Of a stretch of 64,000 bases of DNA, positions 38,866 through 50,246 are shown in pieces. Numbering within the stretch: position 1 is the stretch's first letter; each line of letters opens with the position of its first letter. The notes below the pieces were generated by a model, which saw only the letters and a list, made by a program, of their open reading frames with translations, ran no database searches and was not told the DNA's origin. Origin of the DNA: Spirochaetia bacterium (lineage in GTDB: Bacteria; Spirochaetota; Leptospiria; Turneriellales; JAOUFE01); assembly GCA_029857955.1 (NCBI GenBank), contig JAOUFY010000001.1, positions 95,929-159,928 on the forward strand. The letters are read 5' to 3'. A program made the position numbers and the translations under genes.

Positions 38866-39867
38866 TTATTCATTTTCAAACTTAACTTGTCTTGACATGA
38901 GTGTTGGAATAATCTCTGATGGTTTTCTTTTTTCATATATAACTCGATAAACAGCTTCCGTAATCGGCATCATAACATTTTTAGATTTAGACAATTCATA
39001 AGCGCTGCGCGTCGTTGTGACCCCTTCAGCAACCATCCTCATATTATTTAAAATTTCATCAATATGATACCCCTGGCCGATTTTTATTCCTACTGATCTG
39101 TTTCGGGAGAGTTCACCTGTACAGGTTAAAACAAGATCCCCCAGACCGGCAAGCCCCATAAAGGTCATTGGATCGCCACCCATGATCTTACCCAGACGAG
39201 CCATTTCAGCAAGCCCCCTTGTGATGATGGCTGCTCGCGAATTATTACCCATATTCATCCCATCGCTAATACCAACAGCAATAGCAATTACATTTTTTAA
39301 GGCGCCGCCCAACTGCACTCCTGTGACATCAATGGTTCCATAAGTTCTTACAAAATCCGAAAAAAAGACGGACTGCAATTCTGTTACTCCATCAATGTTA
39401 TAACCGGCAATGGTGATGGCTGTAGGTCTTTTTTCGGCAATCTCGCGCGCAAAAGACGGCCCTGATAAAAAAAATATTCTGTCGCGAAAAGAATCACCCA
39501 GGGTTTCTAACAAAACATCGCTGAGCAATTCATTTGTATCACATTCTATACCTTTCGAAGCAACAAGAATACGGGCATTTTCAGGAGTAAATTTTTTTGC
39601 TTTTAGCCATACCTCTCTGGTTACCTGGGTAGGTATAACGGATATAACATTATCTGCCTTTAACAAAACCTCTTCTAAATCTTGAGAAGCCCTGAGTTTC
39701 TCAGGCAATTTGATTCCGGGAAGGTAGTAAGAATTCATATGATCTGATAAAATATCGTTAACAACATCTTTTGAATGACTCCAAATAAAAACCTCATCAG
39801 AGTTTTGAGCAGCAACTACAGCCAAAGCTGTTCCAAAAGATCCCGCTCCAAGTATGGCTGTTTTCAT
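38866..39867 (-). CDS. gpsA: NAD(P)H-dependent glycerol-3-phosphate dehydrogenase
   Basis: ILGAGSFGTALA dinucleotide fold, GPSFAREI, GALKNVIAIA and SRNRSVG motifs. Confidence 0.9.
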   Translation of the reverse strand: MKTAILGAGSFGTALAVVAAQNSDEVFIWSHSKDVVNDILSDHMNSYYLPGIKLPEKLRASQDLEEVLLKADNVISVIPTQVTREVWLKAKKFTPENARILVASKGIECDTNELLSDVLLETLGDSFRDRIFFLSGPSFAREIAEKRPTAITIAGYNIDGVTELQSVFFSDFVRTYGTIDVTGVQLGGALKNVIAIAVGISDGMNMGNNSRAAIITRGLAEMARLGKIMGGDPMTFMGLAGLGDLVLTCTGELSRNRSVGIKIGQGYHIDEILNNMRMVAEGVTTTRSAYELSKSKNVMMPITEAVYRVIYEKRKPSEIIPTLMSRQVKFENE

Positions 39868-39989
39868 TGAAGTTACTTTTAAAATGATTTTACTAGCGTA
39901 AAGAATTATTATAATTGAAAGCGGCTACTTTTGTAGAAAGATGACGTTTTGGGGGTAAGTGCCAAAACGGCCACACTTTACCAAACTTT

Positions 39990-40209
39990 AGTATTATGTC
40001 TGTTTAATTTATACATGTTCAAACTTGAAGTGGCTCCGCATTAATTTTAAATATTGTGAAGCACACAAACTTGTTAAGTATTTATCGATGGTTTGTGTCG
40101 TATATTGGTGCTTTTTTTGACATTAATCACGCTAAAGAGACTTGTCAAGTAGCGTTTCCGTTTGAATTTGTTTTGCGCAGGCTGAACAAATCAAAAAGAC
40201 ACGGCACTA
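39990..40209. mobile_element. MITE-like intergenic repeat, family A, copy 2 (with a 71-nt internal insertion/duplication)
   Basis: It aligns to 10300..10435 with about 11 mismatches over 136 nt (hand alignment). An extra 71 nt (40081..40151) is bounded by the direct repeats ACTTGTTAAGTA / ACTTGTCAAGTA. Confidence 0.55.
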
Positions 40210-40242
40210 ACTTCTGCCTTATAATTGAGTTTTATAAATCTC

Positions 40243-41970
40243 TTAAAATTGGATTCTCATTCCTGCAGAAACACCATAAAAAGTATCTTTTTTCTCGTTA
40301 TAAATACCATGATTAAAATACCGATACGCTTCAGCAGGTATAAACATATCCAAAGAAAAATACAATTGCAAAACACTGTTAAAAGTAAAAAAAACGGATA
40401 CCATGTTATCGTTTCCTATGTTCCTGTTTTTAAAATCCGGAAAAGTATTGTTTTTTTTAAATATACTATGCGAGTCATTGTAAAATGAAGAATCATAAAT
40501 TAGCCAGCTTTGGATCTCAACATTTATCGTTTTGGAAAGAAATACAGAATATCCAAAATTAAATGTTAATACGCCACTGGTATGGTAGAAACCATATGAC
40601 TGGTGATTTACGACTCCATCATTAAGAGATACTGCATAGGGACGAAATCCCCATATATTATTGATGAGAAAACCGCCAAAATCGTGATTTCCAGAGGCGA
40701 CAAAACCATAGGATCTTTTATTCCCGTAGCTGTCAAATGAAGGACCGTCTGAATAAAGTATATTTATACGGGTAAAATGATGTATATTTTTAAACGGTGG
40801 AAGTTGCAAAAAAATATCGGCACGAAAAAAATATCCATTGATTTTTATATCCTCGTTATTTCCAAAGATATCGGGTAATTTTCGATCAATTCCATCGCTT
40901 CGACAGACTTCAAAAAAAGCAGCAAATTTTGCAAAATTAAAATACATGCCTAAACCATTATGAAACAAATAATCGTTATCAGTAAAACTTCCGCTTTTAT
41001 TTGATCGATCTGCGCCTGAAGCCACTGGCCCATAACGGGTAAACAAAGTATTTATATAAAAATGCCATTTAACAACGTTTAACTTTTTAAGTATGTCAGG
41101 AGATTCATAAAAAATCCCCGATCTAAAACTTAAGATGTCGCCGTTGTAGTTTCCAATGATATCGGTATTATTTGTTTGCAAATGTTTGTATCGTGATGGA
41201 GGTTCAATCCAGTTTTCATAAAGATTCAATACATCAGCCAATAAAAATTTAAATTTACCAATATCATCATTTTCAGCCATCATAAGTAATCCATTAATTT
41301 TCAGGGGATAAATATAATCACTGAATAAATCGTTGCTTAAATAATCATATTTCAGAAACTGCTCACCCAGCGAAAGGCTTAAATTCATTTTTTGTAAATT
41401 TATAAAATGTATTCTTACAAAAGACAGGCTCGTTAAAAATACGGGATTATTTTCTGTTATACTTTGCTGTGAACTTTGCTGATAATTTACATTTTTATCT
41501 TTTGAACCCAAATATGAATTGTTATAAATTACAATGACCGTTTCAAGCCAGTTTTGGTAATTTACTTTAAATACAAAGTTTAGTATATTATTTAAGATCA
41601 ATTGTTTATCTGCAAAAGTTGATTTTGAATTCAAATCTGGATCCTTGATAAAGACTCCTTCTGTATTAAATATCATCCCCGCCGAACCGGAAAATTTATT
41701 TTTTTCAAACTGAATAAAACCTTTACTGTTTAAACTTTGGTATAAATTATATGTTTCATAAAAATAATTTGAACGTAAAAAAGGATCTACATTTTGATTA
41801 TCTTCAATATTATTCATATCGATGTTTTCATTTTTTTCATTTGACTGATTTATATTTTCAGGAGTAGGTTTATCAGACAACCTGTTATTTGTTTTTACTG
41901 ACTCGGCAAATTCTGATGAACCTGCCATAATTACAACAAATACATATGCAATGATTCTACTCGCCTTCAT
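40243..41970 (-). CDS. putative outer-membrane beta-barrel protein, family unknown
   Basis: Signal peptide (MKASRIIAYVFVVIMAGSS), Asn/Tyr/Phe/Gly-rich alternating strands and C-terminal ...GMRIQF with a terminal Phe, as in OMPs. Confidence 0.5.
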   Translation of the reverse strand: MKASRIIAYVFVVIMAGSSEFAESVKTNNRLSDKPTPENINQSNEKNENIDMNNIEDNQNVDPFLRSNYFYETYNLYQSLNSKGFIQFEKNKFSGSAGMIFNTEGVFIKDPDLNSKSTFADKQLILNNILNFVFKVNYQNWLETVIVIYNNSYLGSKDKNVNYQQSSQQSITENNPVFLTSLSFVRIHFINLQKMNLSLSLGEQFLKYDYLSNDLFSDYIYPLKINGLLMMAENDDIGKFKFLLADVLNLYENWIEPPSRYKHLQTNNTDIIGNYNGDILSFRSGIFYESPDILKKLNVVKWHFYINTLFTRYGPVASGADRSNKSGSFTDNDYLFHNGLGMYFNFAKFAAFFEVCRSDGIDRKLPDIFGNNEDIKINGYFFRADIFLQLPPFKNIHHFTRINILYSDGPSFDSYGNKRSYGFVASGNHDFGGFLINNIWGFRPYAVSLNDGVVNHQSYGFYHTSGVLTFNFGYSVFLSKTINVEIQSWLIYDSSFYNDSHSIFKKNNTFPDFKNRNIGNDNMVSVFFTFNSVLQLYFSLDMFIPAEAYRYFNHGIYNEKKDTFYGVSAGMRIQF

Positions 41971-42045
41971 TTAACATATATATTTCAAATATGTTATTTT
42001 TTTTCACTAATTTAAATAAAAAACGAAAACTTCTATAAAATATTA

Positions 42046-42128
42046 AGAGCGCATCCCAAAACTTGGGCACTCTTCCGGTACAGGGATGTGTGCATCTCAA
42101 AATCCATGAATAGGTTTTGGGGCTCTCT
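42046..42128. repeat. palindromic intergenic repeat, family B, full element
   Basis: AGAGCGCATCCCAAAAC (42046..42062) is an inverted match to GTTTTGGGGCTCTCT (42114..42128). The right half repeats 29092..29132 in inverted orientation. Confidence 0.45.
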
Positions 42129-42263
42129 AATTTAAAATTTGTGTAACAAAATCAAAACGAAAGAATTGATCTATAACTTTCAACATTGCCCTCTTTTTGT
42201 TGTCATGATGGCTAATTTTATATTATATTGTAATACCTAACAAATAAATTTAAAGGACGTACA

Positions 42264-43067
42264 ATGACCAATGAGACTCTGCTTCTTGATATTGAAAATT
42301 TGCATGCACAATATGTAAATCCCCACAACCAGAATGAAAAAATAAATATTTTAAATGGAATAAACCTGAAAATTTATAAAGGTAAAAAACATGCCATCAT
42401 GGGACCAAATGGCTCTGGAAAAAGTACACTGTCTTCTGTAATCATGGGACATCCTCACTACCAGATCACTCAGGGTGATATTCGTTATTATAATCAACAA
42501 ACCTCTAAAATGGAAAGTATCACGGGTCTTTTACCGCATGAAAGAGCTAAAAAAGGTATTTTTATGAGTTTTCAAAATCCCGTATCTGTTCCGGGGCTTC
42601 CCGTAACCCAGTTTTTACGAGCGAGTTTGCAAAATATCCGCGGAAAAGATATTACGGTTAAAGATTTTCGAAAAGAACTAAAAAGCAATATGGAAGCTTT
42701 ACAGATGAACCCTGACTTAATGAAACGATATTTAAACGAAGGTTTTTCAGGCGGAGAAAAAAAGAGAATGGAAATTTTACAATTATCGTTACTGCAGCCT
42801 CGCATTGCTATTTTAGATGAGATCGATTCCGGACTTGACATCGATGCATTGCGCCAGGTTTCTGAAGGAATCAACCGTCTTGTTGATAATGAACGAGCTT
42901 TTATTTTAATTACGCACTACAAAAGACTTCTCGACTACATTGCGCCAGACAGCGTTCACATCATTGCCGAAGGAAAAATCATAAAAGAAGGCGGTCCTGA
43001 ACTTGTTGATATTCTTGAAAGTACAGGATATGAAGAAATTGTCAAAGAAGCAAAACTTGCAAGTTAA
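42264..43067 (+). CDS. sufC: Fe-S cluster assembly ATPase
   Basis: GPNGSGKSTL, FSGGEKKR and ILDEIDSGLD motifs. First gene of the sufCBD set. Confidence 0.9.
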   Translation: MTNETLLLDIENLHAQYVNPHNQNEKINILNGINLKIYKGKKHAIMGPNGSGKSTLSSVIMGHPHYQITQGDIRYYNQQTSKMESITGLLPHERAKKGIFMSFQNPVSVPGLPVTQFLRASLQNIRGKDITVKDFRKELKSNMEALQMNPDLMKRYLNEGFSGGEKKRMEILQLSLLQPRIAILDEIDSGLDIDALRQVSEGINRLVDNERAFILITHYKRLLDYIAPDSVHIIAEGKIIKEGGPELVDILESTGYEEIVKEAKLAS

Positions 43068-43076
43068 AAGGTAAAT

Positions 43077-44516
43077 ATGAACGATCTTGAAAGTACTAAA
43101 GCCAAAAGCAAAGATAAAGCCAGCTTTGAAAAAGAAGACTATAAATATGGTTTTCATGACGCAGAACAGTTTATCTTTAAAGCCGAGCGTGGATTAACCG
43201 AAGAAATCGTACGTAACATTTCTAAAATTAAAAATGAACCGCAATGGATGACTGATTTTCGTGTTGAATCATATCGAATTTTTTTAGAAAAACCAATGCC
43301 CAATTGGGGAGACGTAAAGGGGCTAAACTCAATAGATTTCGAGAGTATTTATTACTACCTGAAACCAACCGGAGGACAAGAAAGAAGCTGGGACGACGTT
43401 CCTGAAGATATAAAAAATACCTTTGAAAAACTGGGTATTCCCGAAGCTGAACAAAAATTTCTTGGCGGCGTAACTGCTCAGTATGAATCCGAAGTTGTAT
43501 ATCATTCCATTAGAGAAGATCTTGAAAAACTCGGAGTGATCTTTACGGACATGGACACTGCTCTTCGCGAGCATTCCGACATTGTGAAAAAATATTTTTC
43601 TACAATCATTCCTCCTTCAGATAACAAATTTGCTGCGTTAAACAGCGCCGTCTGGTCGGGAGGTTCTTTTATTTATGTACCTCCCGATACCGACGTAGCG
43701 ATTCCTTTACAGGCATATTTTAGAATCAATGCTAAAAACATGGGACAATTTGAGCGAACCCTCATCATTACCGATAAAAATTCAAAGGTTCATTATATAG
43801 AAGGCTGTACAGCCCCGACCTACTCTACCGACTCACTTCATTCGGCCGTGGTTGAATTGATCGCCATGGAAGGATCTACCATTCGATACAGTACCATACA
43901 AAACTGGTCTAACAACGTTTATAATCTGGTTACCAAAAGAGCTGTTGCCTATGAAAATGCGCGCGTGGAATGGGTTGACGGTAATATCGGCAGTAAAGTA
44001 ACGATGAAATATCCCGCTGTATACTTAAAAGGCCGCGGCGCCCACGGCGAAGTTTTATCGATTGCCTATGCAGGAAAAGGCCAGCACCAGGATGCCGGCG
44101 CTAAAATTGTTCATGCGGCTCCCGATACCACCAGTTCCATTTTGTCAAAGTCGCTTACAAAAGACGGCGGTCAAAGTACTTACCGAGGATTAATTAAAGT
44201 GTATAAAGATTCCATCAATTCAAAATCAAGCGTAAAATGCGACGCCTTAATGCTCGACAATAAATCCACTTCGCTTACGCTACCATATATGGAAATCGAA
44301 GAAGAACGCGGCGTTCGGGTTCAGCACGAAGCCACAGTTTCAAAAGTTGACGATGACATGCTTTTTTTTATGACCAGCCGGGGAATCTCAGAAGACGATG
44401 CAAAAGGTATGGTGATCAATGGTTTTATCGAACCGTTTACGCGTGAACTACCGATGGAATACGCTGTCGAGTTAAACCGGTTGATACAACTTGAAATGCA
44501 GGGAGCAATAGGCTAA
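43077..44516 (+). CDS. sufB: Fe-S cluster assembly scaffold protein
   Basis: 479 aa with [17 protein letters not shown] and HEATVSK motifs typical of SufB. Confidence 0.9.
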   Translation: MNDLESTKAKSKDKASFEKEDYKYGFHDAEQFIFKAERGLTEEIVRNISKIKNEPQWMTDFRVESYRIFLEKPMPNWGDVKGLNSIDFESIYYYLKPTGGQERSWDDVPEDIKNTFEKLGIPEAEQKFLGGVTAQYESEVVYHSIREDLEKLGVIFTDMDTALREHSDIVKKYFSTIIPPSDNKFAALNSAVWSGGSFIYVPPDTDVAIPLQAYFRINAKNMGQFERTLIITDKNSKVHYIEGCTAPTYSTDSLHSAVVELIAMEGSTIRYSTIQNWSNNVYNLVTKRAVAYENARVEWVDGNIGSKVTMKYPAVYLKGRGAHGEVLSIAYAGKGQHQDAGAKIVHAAPDTTSSILSKSLTKDGGQSTYRGLIKVYKDSINSKSSVKCDALMLDNKSTSLTLPYMEIEEERGVRVQHEATVSKVDDDMLFFMTSRGISEDDAKGMVINGFIEPFTRELPMEYAVELNRLIQLEMQGAIG

Positions 44517-44518
44517 TT

Positions 44519-45742
44519 ATGGCAAAAATCACCATTCAGAAAAAAATAAAAACAAATCCATTTGAAGAACTTTCAAAGCTGTTAAATACTCCTGAATTAG
44601 AATCGGTTTATCCGCATCGTCAAATGGAACCTTGGCGACGTTTCGACCCGGCAAAATTATTACCAGCGTTTGCAGAAAACCTTCAAAATGGAATCACAAT
44701 GTCTTCGGTGAAAATCGCAGAATCCAGTGAATCCGGCCGACCTGCACTGAATTCTGCCGCAAAATGGAAAAGCGTTGATGAAATATTTTTACAGAAGGCC
44801 CGTAACAATTTAAAGCTGTTTAAAAAAACCGAAGCTACCGAATTTTTTGAAAACTTTATTTCAAAATCAGTAAGCGATGAACACCTGCATATCTTAAAAT
44901 TGTCAAAAAATGAAACCTGTGAGCAAATTCCTGTAATAGAAATATCTCCTGTCGACGAGAATAAATTGCATGTAAATATCATCTACATTTACTGTGAAGA
45001 ATTTTCAAATGCGACGATCAATATCATTAAAAAACCAGGCAGCTTTGACTTAACCATACTCTATATTTTTCAAGAAAAAAAATCCCGGTTGCAATTGCGT
45101 CATTTAGATGAAAACAACAGACCATCGCAGGGAGTTAACTTTTTAAAATATCACCAGGAAGATGGTTCCATTAGTAAATCAGGAATTTACAACCTTTGTA
45201 ACAGCCAAAGTAAAAAGGTATTTGTTGAAAGCAACCTTCGAGAGAATTCATCTGCTGAATTTATGGGAATTTTTTTAGGAAGGTATTCAAACGTTGATCA
45301 TGATTTTTTAGTCAACCATTTAGAATCGTTTTCAAAATCAAATTTACTTTTTAAAATGAGTGTGATGGATGATTCTTATGGAGTATTCTGGGGCAATGCC
45401 GACATCGTTGCAGGTACCAGAGGATGCGAGGCCTACCAGCAAAATAAAAACCTGATTTTAGGAAATCATTCAAGAGTTGACGCCATCCCGAGGCTTGGAA
45501 TTCATACTGAAAATGTCATTGCTGCCCACGGCAGCGCTACCGGAGAAATTTCTGAAGAAGAAGTTTTTTACATGATGAGTCGCGGTTTAAGTTACGCTGA
45601 AGCAAGAAAACTGCTTTTGCGCGGTTTTTTTGAAGACGTTCTGCGTAAATCATTTGAACATGACGTAGATGAGGCTGATGCATTTCTCGAAAGAATCTGG
45701 AAAAATATTCAGAATATTTTAGGTGTTGAAATTTCGGTGTAA
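44519..45742 (+). CDS. sufD: Fe-S cluster assembly protein
   Basis: SufB/D-family C-terminal beta-helix (AAHGSATGEISEEEVFYMMSRG). Its position follows sufB. Confidence 0.8.
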   Translation: MAKITIQKKIKTNPFEELSKLLNTPELESVYPHRQMEPWRRFDPAKLLPAFAENLQNGITMSSVKIAESSESGRPALNSAAKWKSVDEIFLQKARNNLKLFKKTEATEFFENFISKSVSDEHLHILKLSKNETCEQIPVIEISPVDENKLHVNIIYIYCEEFSNATINIIKKPGSFDLTILYIFQEKKSRLQLRHLDENNRPSQGVNFLKYHQEDGSISKSGIYNLCNSQSKKVFVESNLRENSSAEFMGIFLGRYSNVDHDFLVNHLESFSKSNLLFKMSVMDDSYGVFWGNADIVAGTRGCEAYQQNKNLILGNHSRVDAIPRLGIHTENVIAAHGSATGEISEEEVFYMMSRGLSYAEARKLLLRGFFEDVLRKSFEHDVDEADAFLERIWKNIQNILGVEISV

Positions 45743-45746
45743 AAAA

Positions 45747-46106
45747 ATGACAAAACAAAAAGTGACATGGACTGAAATTGCAAATGTATCGGAATTTTCC
45801 GGTTTTAATACAGGAGACGTTGTCCCCATTGAAGTTGAACAAGATACAGGAATAAAACACAGCATCATCCTGGTAAAATGTTCAGATAAAGAGTGGTTTG
45901 CTCTCGATAATCTCTGCACCCATGATAACGGACCCCTTGACGACGGAGAAGTACATCTTAAGTCATGCGCCATCGAATGTAAACGACATGGAGCACAATT
46001 CAACATAAAAAACGGTCAAGTGGTTAGAATGCCCGCGATACATCCGGTCGACACATACCCTTTAAAAATTGAAAATCAAATTTTATACATACAACTGCAA
46101 AATTAA
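45747..46106 (+). CDS. Rieske [2Fe-2S] ferredoxin-like protein
   Basis: CTHDNGPL (CxH) and CKRHGAQF (CxxH) motifs. The ATG at 45747 is preferred over the GTG at 45723, which overlaps sufD. Confidence 0.8.
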   Translation: MTKQKVTWTEIANVSEFSGFNTGDVVPIEVEQDTGIKHSIILVKCSDKEWFALDNLCTHDNGPLDDGEVHLKSCAIECKRHGAQFNIKNGQVVRMPAIHPVDTYPLKIENQILYIQLQN

Positions 46107-46258
46107 ATTTTTTTAATTAACTTTCATATTTATATAACTGATTTTGCCGATATTGCGATTAGTTCTCAAAATAAATCCTTTCATTATGTTACGATGAATC
46201 TATCACAATAAAAAACGTTTTACACATTGAATTGGCAATAAAAAGCTAAGTCAAATCT

Positions 46259-47101
46259 ATGATTACAAAACATTCTTTAATACTTGTTATTTTATCTTCA
46301 TCTCTGCTTATTTTCCTGGGCTGTGCTAGTATGATTAAAAAAACATTTATACGTCCGAAGATAACTTATGAAGCCATGAAAATTGACAAACTGGAATTAA
46401 CGGGAGCGACAATTCGGTTGTACGTAGGAATTGAAAATAAAAACAACATTAACATGGAACTCTCGAGCATTAAAAACGTAGTTTCGCTTGAGGGGAATAA
46501 TGTCCTTGAGAATATAATCAATGATAAAGTATTTATAAAAGCGAAAGACAAAACAATTGTAGAATTTCCTGTAGATCTATCTTTTTTAGGGCTAAAAGAC
46601 AATCTTAAAAGTATCTGGAAAAAGCAAAAAATTGAATACCATGTTGAAACTACAATGATGCTCCATTCGATCATTGGAGATATTCCGATAAAAATTAAAT
46701 ATGATGATGTAATCAATTTACCCCCAATACCGGATTTAAAAATTGAAGATGTCAAAGTGGATAAAATGGGTTTTGCCGAAATGAAAATGGTTTTTTTCGT
46801 TCGGGTTGTTAACAACAAAAAAATACAGCTTAAAGTAAAAGATTTAACCTATGATGTAAATTTTAATGAGTTTGAAATCGCCAAAGGCACGATGGATACC
46901 GTTAAAACCGTAATAGACAGCAATGATTTGTTACTTGAAATACCAGTAAATGTGCAGTTTTTAAGCTTTAAACGCAGCATCACCGATATGATGAAAAAAG
47001 GCGAAATCAATTACGACATTCATATTTATTTAAATATAAATTCAACCTATGGAGATTACATTCTTCCGATGGATAAAAAAGGTACCGCAAAATTATATTA
47101 A
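46259..47101 (+). CDS. lipoprotein with two LEA_2/WHy-like (LEA14-type) domains
   Basis: Lipobox-like LIFLGC. Two repeated roughly 120-aa beta-rich modules resemble water-stress/hypersensitive-response domains. The assignment is tentative. Confidence 0.55.
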   Translation: MITKHSLILVILSSSLLIFLGCASMIKKTFIRPKITYEAMKIDKLELTGATIRLYVGIENKNNINMELSSIKNVVSLEGNNVLENIINDKVFIKAKDKTIVEFPVDLSFLGLKDNLKSIWKKQKIEYHVETTMMLHSIIGDIPIKIKYDDVINLPPIPDLKIEDVKVDKMGFAEMKMVFFVRVVNNKKIQLKVKDLTYDVNFNEFEIAKGTMDTVKTVIDSNDLLLEIPVNVQFLSFKRSITDMMKKGEINYDIHIYLNINSTYGDYILPMDKKGTAKLY

Positions 47102-47174
47102 TTTTATAAAAATGAAAAAGAATTTTGTTCTGTTATGGAGGATACTATTTTAATTTTTATATAGTCTCATTATA

Positions 47175-49397
47175 CTACGAAAGACTTAAAACAACCTCAT
47201 TATTTTTTATATCCATAAGAGCTCTACCGCCTTTTGAAAGTTTTCCAAACAAAATTTCTTCGACCACCTTGCTCTTGATTTCTTTTTCTATTAAACTTTC
47301 GAGAGGTCGAGCGCCGTTTGCCGAGTTAAAACCTTTTTCTAACAAATAATCTTTAGCTGCATCTGTAATTTCAAATATAATTTTTTTCTTACTTAAGTGC
47401 TGGTTTAACTGATTTAAGTATTTTTCAACAATTTTCATGGCAAGGTTTTTATTTAAATGTTGAAAAACAATAACTTCGTCAATGCGGTTTAAAAATTCAG
47501 GAGAAAATATCCGTTTAATTTCTCTCATGGCATCGCCAAATTCCTGAGCATTTTCGGTAAATCCAATTTTCATTGTACTCATATCTCGAGAACCTGCGTT
47601 AGACGTCATAATCACGATATTGTTTCTAAAATCTGCATTTTTACCGGTATTGTCGGTAACCACTGCCCTGTCAAAAACCTGAAGCAGAACATTGTAAATA
47701 TCTTCATGAGCTTTTTCAATTTCATCGAGCAAAATCACAGCATTTGGTTTTCGTCGAACAGCGTCGGTAAGCAAGGCTCCCTGATCAAAACCAACGTATC
47801 CCGGCGGAGATCCCAGCAGTCGTGAAATCGTATGTTTTTCGGAATACTCGCTCATGTCAAAACGAATGAGCTCCTGATTTAACTCATCGGCTAAAGCTCG
47901 ACACAATTCAGTTTTACCAACACCGGTCGGGCCTACAAAAAGAAACGAGCCAACAACCTTGTCGGGACGATTTAAGCCCGCATAATGTTTTTTAATTACA
48001 GTTACAAGACTCTCGACAGCCTTGTCCTGTCCAAAAACCCTGGCTTTTAATTTTTCTGAAAGATGCGATAATAAATCCAAATCAGACGTACCGAGTTTAC
48101 TTACGGTTATACCCGTCATTTTAGAAAGAGTTTGAATGATATTATTTCTGGAAATTGTTTTTTGCTGCGGAGAATATACACTCACAGAAGCTCCAGATTC
48201 ATCCATTAAATCAATGGCTTTATCTGGCAGGTATCGGTCTCGCAAATACATCGAGGACAATTCAACACATGCTTTAATCGCATCATTAGAATAAGCAACG
48301 CTATGAAAATCTTCATATCGTTGTTTTAACCCCATGAGGATTTTAGTTGCATCTTCTTCATTTGGCTCTGGTACATCTATTTTTTGCAACCTTCTTGAAA
48401 GCGCACGGTCTTTTTCAATAAAGCGACGGTACTCTTCAAATGTCGTAGCTCCAATACATCGAAGTTCACCCGTTGTCAACAAAGGCTTTAAAATATTGGA
48501 TGCATCAAGACTTCCTCCGCCGACAGCGCCTGCCCCAACCAGGGTGTGAATTTCATCAATAAACAAAATGGCATTTTTCTTATTTTTTACTTCAGACAGC
48601 AATGACTTAATTCTTTTTTCAAAATCGCCGCGGTATTTTGTACCGGCAATCAATAAACCCATATCAAGCGAATAAATATGATATCCTTTTAAACGGTCAG
48701 GAACATTATTTTCGGCAATTCTCATGGCAAGTCCTTGAACGATTGCTGTTTTACCAACGCCTGCGTCGCCGACAAAAACCGGATTATTTTTTTGCCGGCG
48801 AGATAATATTTCAATGGTTCTGGAAATTTCATTTTCTCTTCCGATAACAATATCATATTTATTTTGACGCGCCATTTCAGTCATTTCAAAAGCATATTTT
48901 TCAAGAAAACTCGATTGCTCCTGAGGACTATTTTGAGCATTTTGTTCTTTTTCGTTATTTCTTGAATGAAATTCATCTTCCATTAGTCCTGAAATAAATT
49001 CTAAAATTGCCAGCCTTTCTACCCCGTATTTTCTTAAATAATAACTTGCTTCGTTTTCTTCTTCATCAAACAAGGCAACAATAACATCACCAATTTCTAC
49101 CTCAGATTTTTCTGAATTTTGAACGTGCATTATGGCTCTTTGTAATATGCGTTGAAATGCAATCGTCTGAAGCGGTGTTTCATCATCATTTAAACGTTTC
49201 TCAAGAGTATTTAAATAAGTATTTAAATCTTCAAGAACAGCATCTACATCGCCGCCTGAATTTTCAACAATGGTTTTACCTTCGCTGCTTTCAAGAATGG
49301 CAAAAAGTAAATGCTCTGCAGTGATAAATGCATGATCACGGATTTGTGCTTCATGGTATGTATCGTTTAAAACTTTTTCCAGATTTTTATGCAGCAT
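47175..49397 (-). CDS. clpA: ATP-dependent Clp protease ATP-binding subunit
   Basis: Two AAA+ modules ([18 protein letters not shown]), a Clp_N domain, and 740 aa with no long middle coiled coil. It follows clpS. Confidence 0.9.
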   Translation of the reverse strand: MLHKNLEKVLNDTYHEAQIRDHAFITAEHLLFAILESSEGKTIVENSGGDVDAVLEDLNTYLNTLEKRLNDDETPLQTIAFQRILQRAIMHVQNSEKSEVEIGDVIVALFDEEENEASYYLRKYGVERLAILEFISGLMEDEFHSRNNEKEQNAQNSPQEQSSFLEKYAFEMTEMARQNKYDIVIGRENEISRTIEILSRRQKNNPVFVGDAGVGKTAIVQGLAMRIAENNVPDRLKGYHIYSLDMGLLIAGTKYRGDFEKRIKSLLSEVKNKKNAILFIDEIHTLVGAGAVGGGSLDASNILKPLLTTGELRCIGATTFEEYRRFIEKDRALSRRLQKIDVPEPNEEDATKILMGLKQRYEDFHSVAYSNDAIKACVELSSMYLRDRYLPDKAIDLMDESGASVSVYSPQQKTISRNNIIQTLSKMTGITVSKLGTSDLDLLSHLSEKLKARVFGQDKAVESLVTVIKKHYAGLNRPDKVVGSFLFVGPTGVGKTELCRALADELNQELIRFDMSEYSEKHTISRLLGSPPGYVGFDQGALLTDAVRRKPNAVILLDEIEKAHEDIYNVLLQVFDRAVVTDNTGKNADFRNNIVIMTSNAGSRDMSTMKIGFTENAQEFGDAMREIKRIFSPEFLNRIDEVIVFQHLNKNLAMKIVEKYLNQLNQHLSKKKIIFEITDAAKDYLLEKGFNSANGARPLESLIEKEIKSKVVEEILFGKLSKGGRALMDIKNNEVVLSLS

Positions 49398-49495
49398 ACT
49401 ATTTTTTTCCAGTCTTTTTTATTACCATATAAATTAATATGAAAATAATCCCTTTATGTTTAATCGGCAATTAGAAGTCTTCATATTTTTTAAAT

Positions 49496-49831
49496 TCACG
49501 ATTCCCTTTCCATCGTACAGCGCAGCGGAAATCCATTTTCACGTGCCTTGCTGTGAACAAGTTGAACGCGGGTTTCGGCAATTTCTTTTGTGTATATCCC
49601 CGCAATGCCGTTTCCCTTGCGATGCACATCATACATAATTGATATCGCTTCGTCACTTGACTTTCCAAAAACAACTCTCAAAATCATCACAACAAACTCC
49701 ATCGAAGTGTAGTCGTCGTTGTGAAGTATGACAACATAACGAGAGGGTTCTTTAAGTTCGATTTCTACATCAACTTCTGAATCTGTATGTATTTCAAATG
49801 ACGGGACAATCATTTCTGTTAATTTGCTCAC
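49496..49831 (-). CDS. clpS: ATP-dependent Clp protease adaptor
   Basis: YVVILHNDDYTSMEFVVMILRVVF core motif of ClpS. Confidence 0.9.
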   Translation of the reverse strand: MSKLTEMIVPSFEIHTDSEVDVEIELKEPSRYVVILHNDDYTSMEFVVMILRVVFGKSSDEAISIMYDVHRKGNGIAGIYTKEIAETRVQLVHSKARENGFPLRCTMERES

Positions 49832-50214
49832 TCATCAGGAAAAAATGAAGCAGAATTTTTTGGACCTTCCCAGACTTTCACCTGAGTGATTCTGGCATCA
49901 TCTCGCACATAACCTTTAATATAGTTGAAAACATGTTCAGCAATGTTCTCTGCAGTTGGACTCATTTCAGTAAAAGGCGCTCTGGTATTTAAACATATAT
50001 GATCAAGTTCAATCATTAGTTTATCAAATTCGACTCTGACTTCGAGAAAATCCACGCTAATACCGTTTCGAAGCTTATTACTTCCTATAAAAAGTTCAAC
50101 CTGATAAGTATGCCCATGTACCGGTTCATTTTTACCTGGTCCAAAATAATCGTATAAAAAATGAGCGCTCTCAAACATTCCATCAATTCGTATTTCGTAT
50201 TTAAATTTTGGCAT
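49828..50214 (-). CDS. queD: 6-carboxy-5,6,7,8-tetrahydropterin synthase (PTPS family)
   Basis: FESAHFL and HGHTY Zn/catalytic motifs. The ATG at 50214 is preferred over the TTG at 50235. 4-nt overlap with clpS. Confidence 0.8.
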   Translation of the reverse strand: MPKFKYEIRIDGMFESAHFLYDYFGPGKNEPVHGHTYQVELFIGSNKLRNGISVDFLEVRVEFDKLMIELDHICLNTRAPFTEMSPTAENIAEHVFNYIKGYVRDDARITQVKVWEGPKNSASFFPDE

Positions 50215-50246
50215 ATTGTTTTTTTGATAATGCAACCCGCTTAATT

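Noticed and set aside
46146-46153. GCCGATAT, a good match to the sigma-28 -10 consensus, upstream of the LEA-like lipoprotein gene.
   Set aside because: There is no TAAA -35 element at the required spacing and the downstream gene is not flagellar. A single 8-mer match is not enough.
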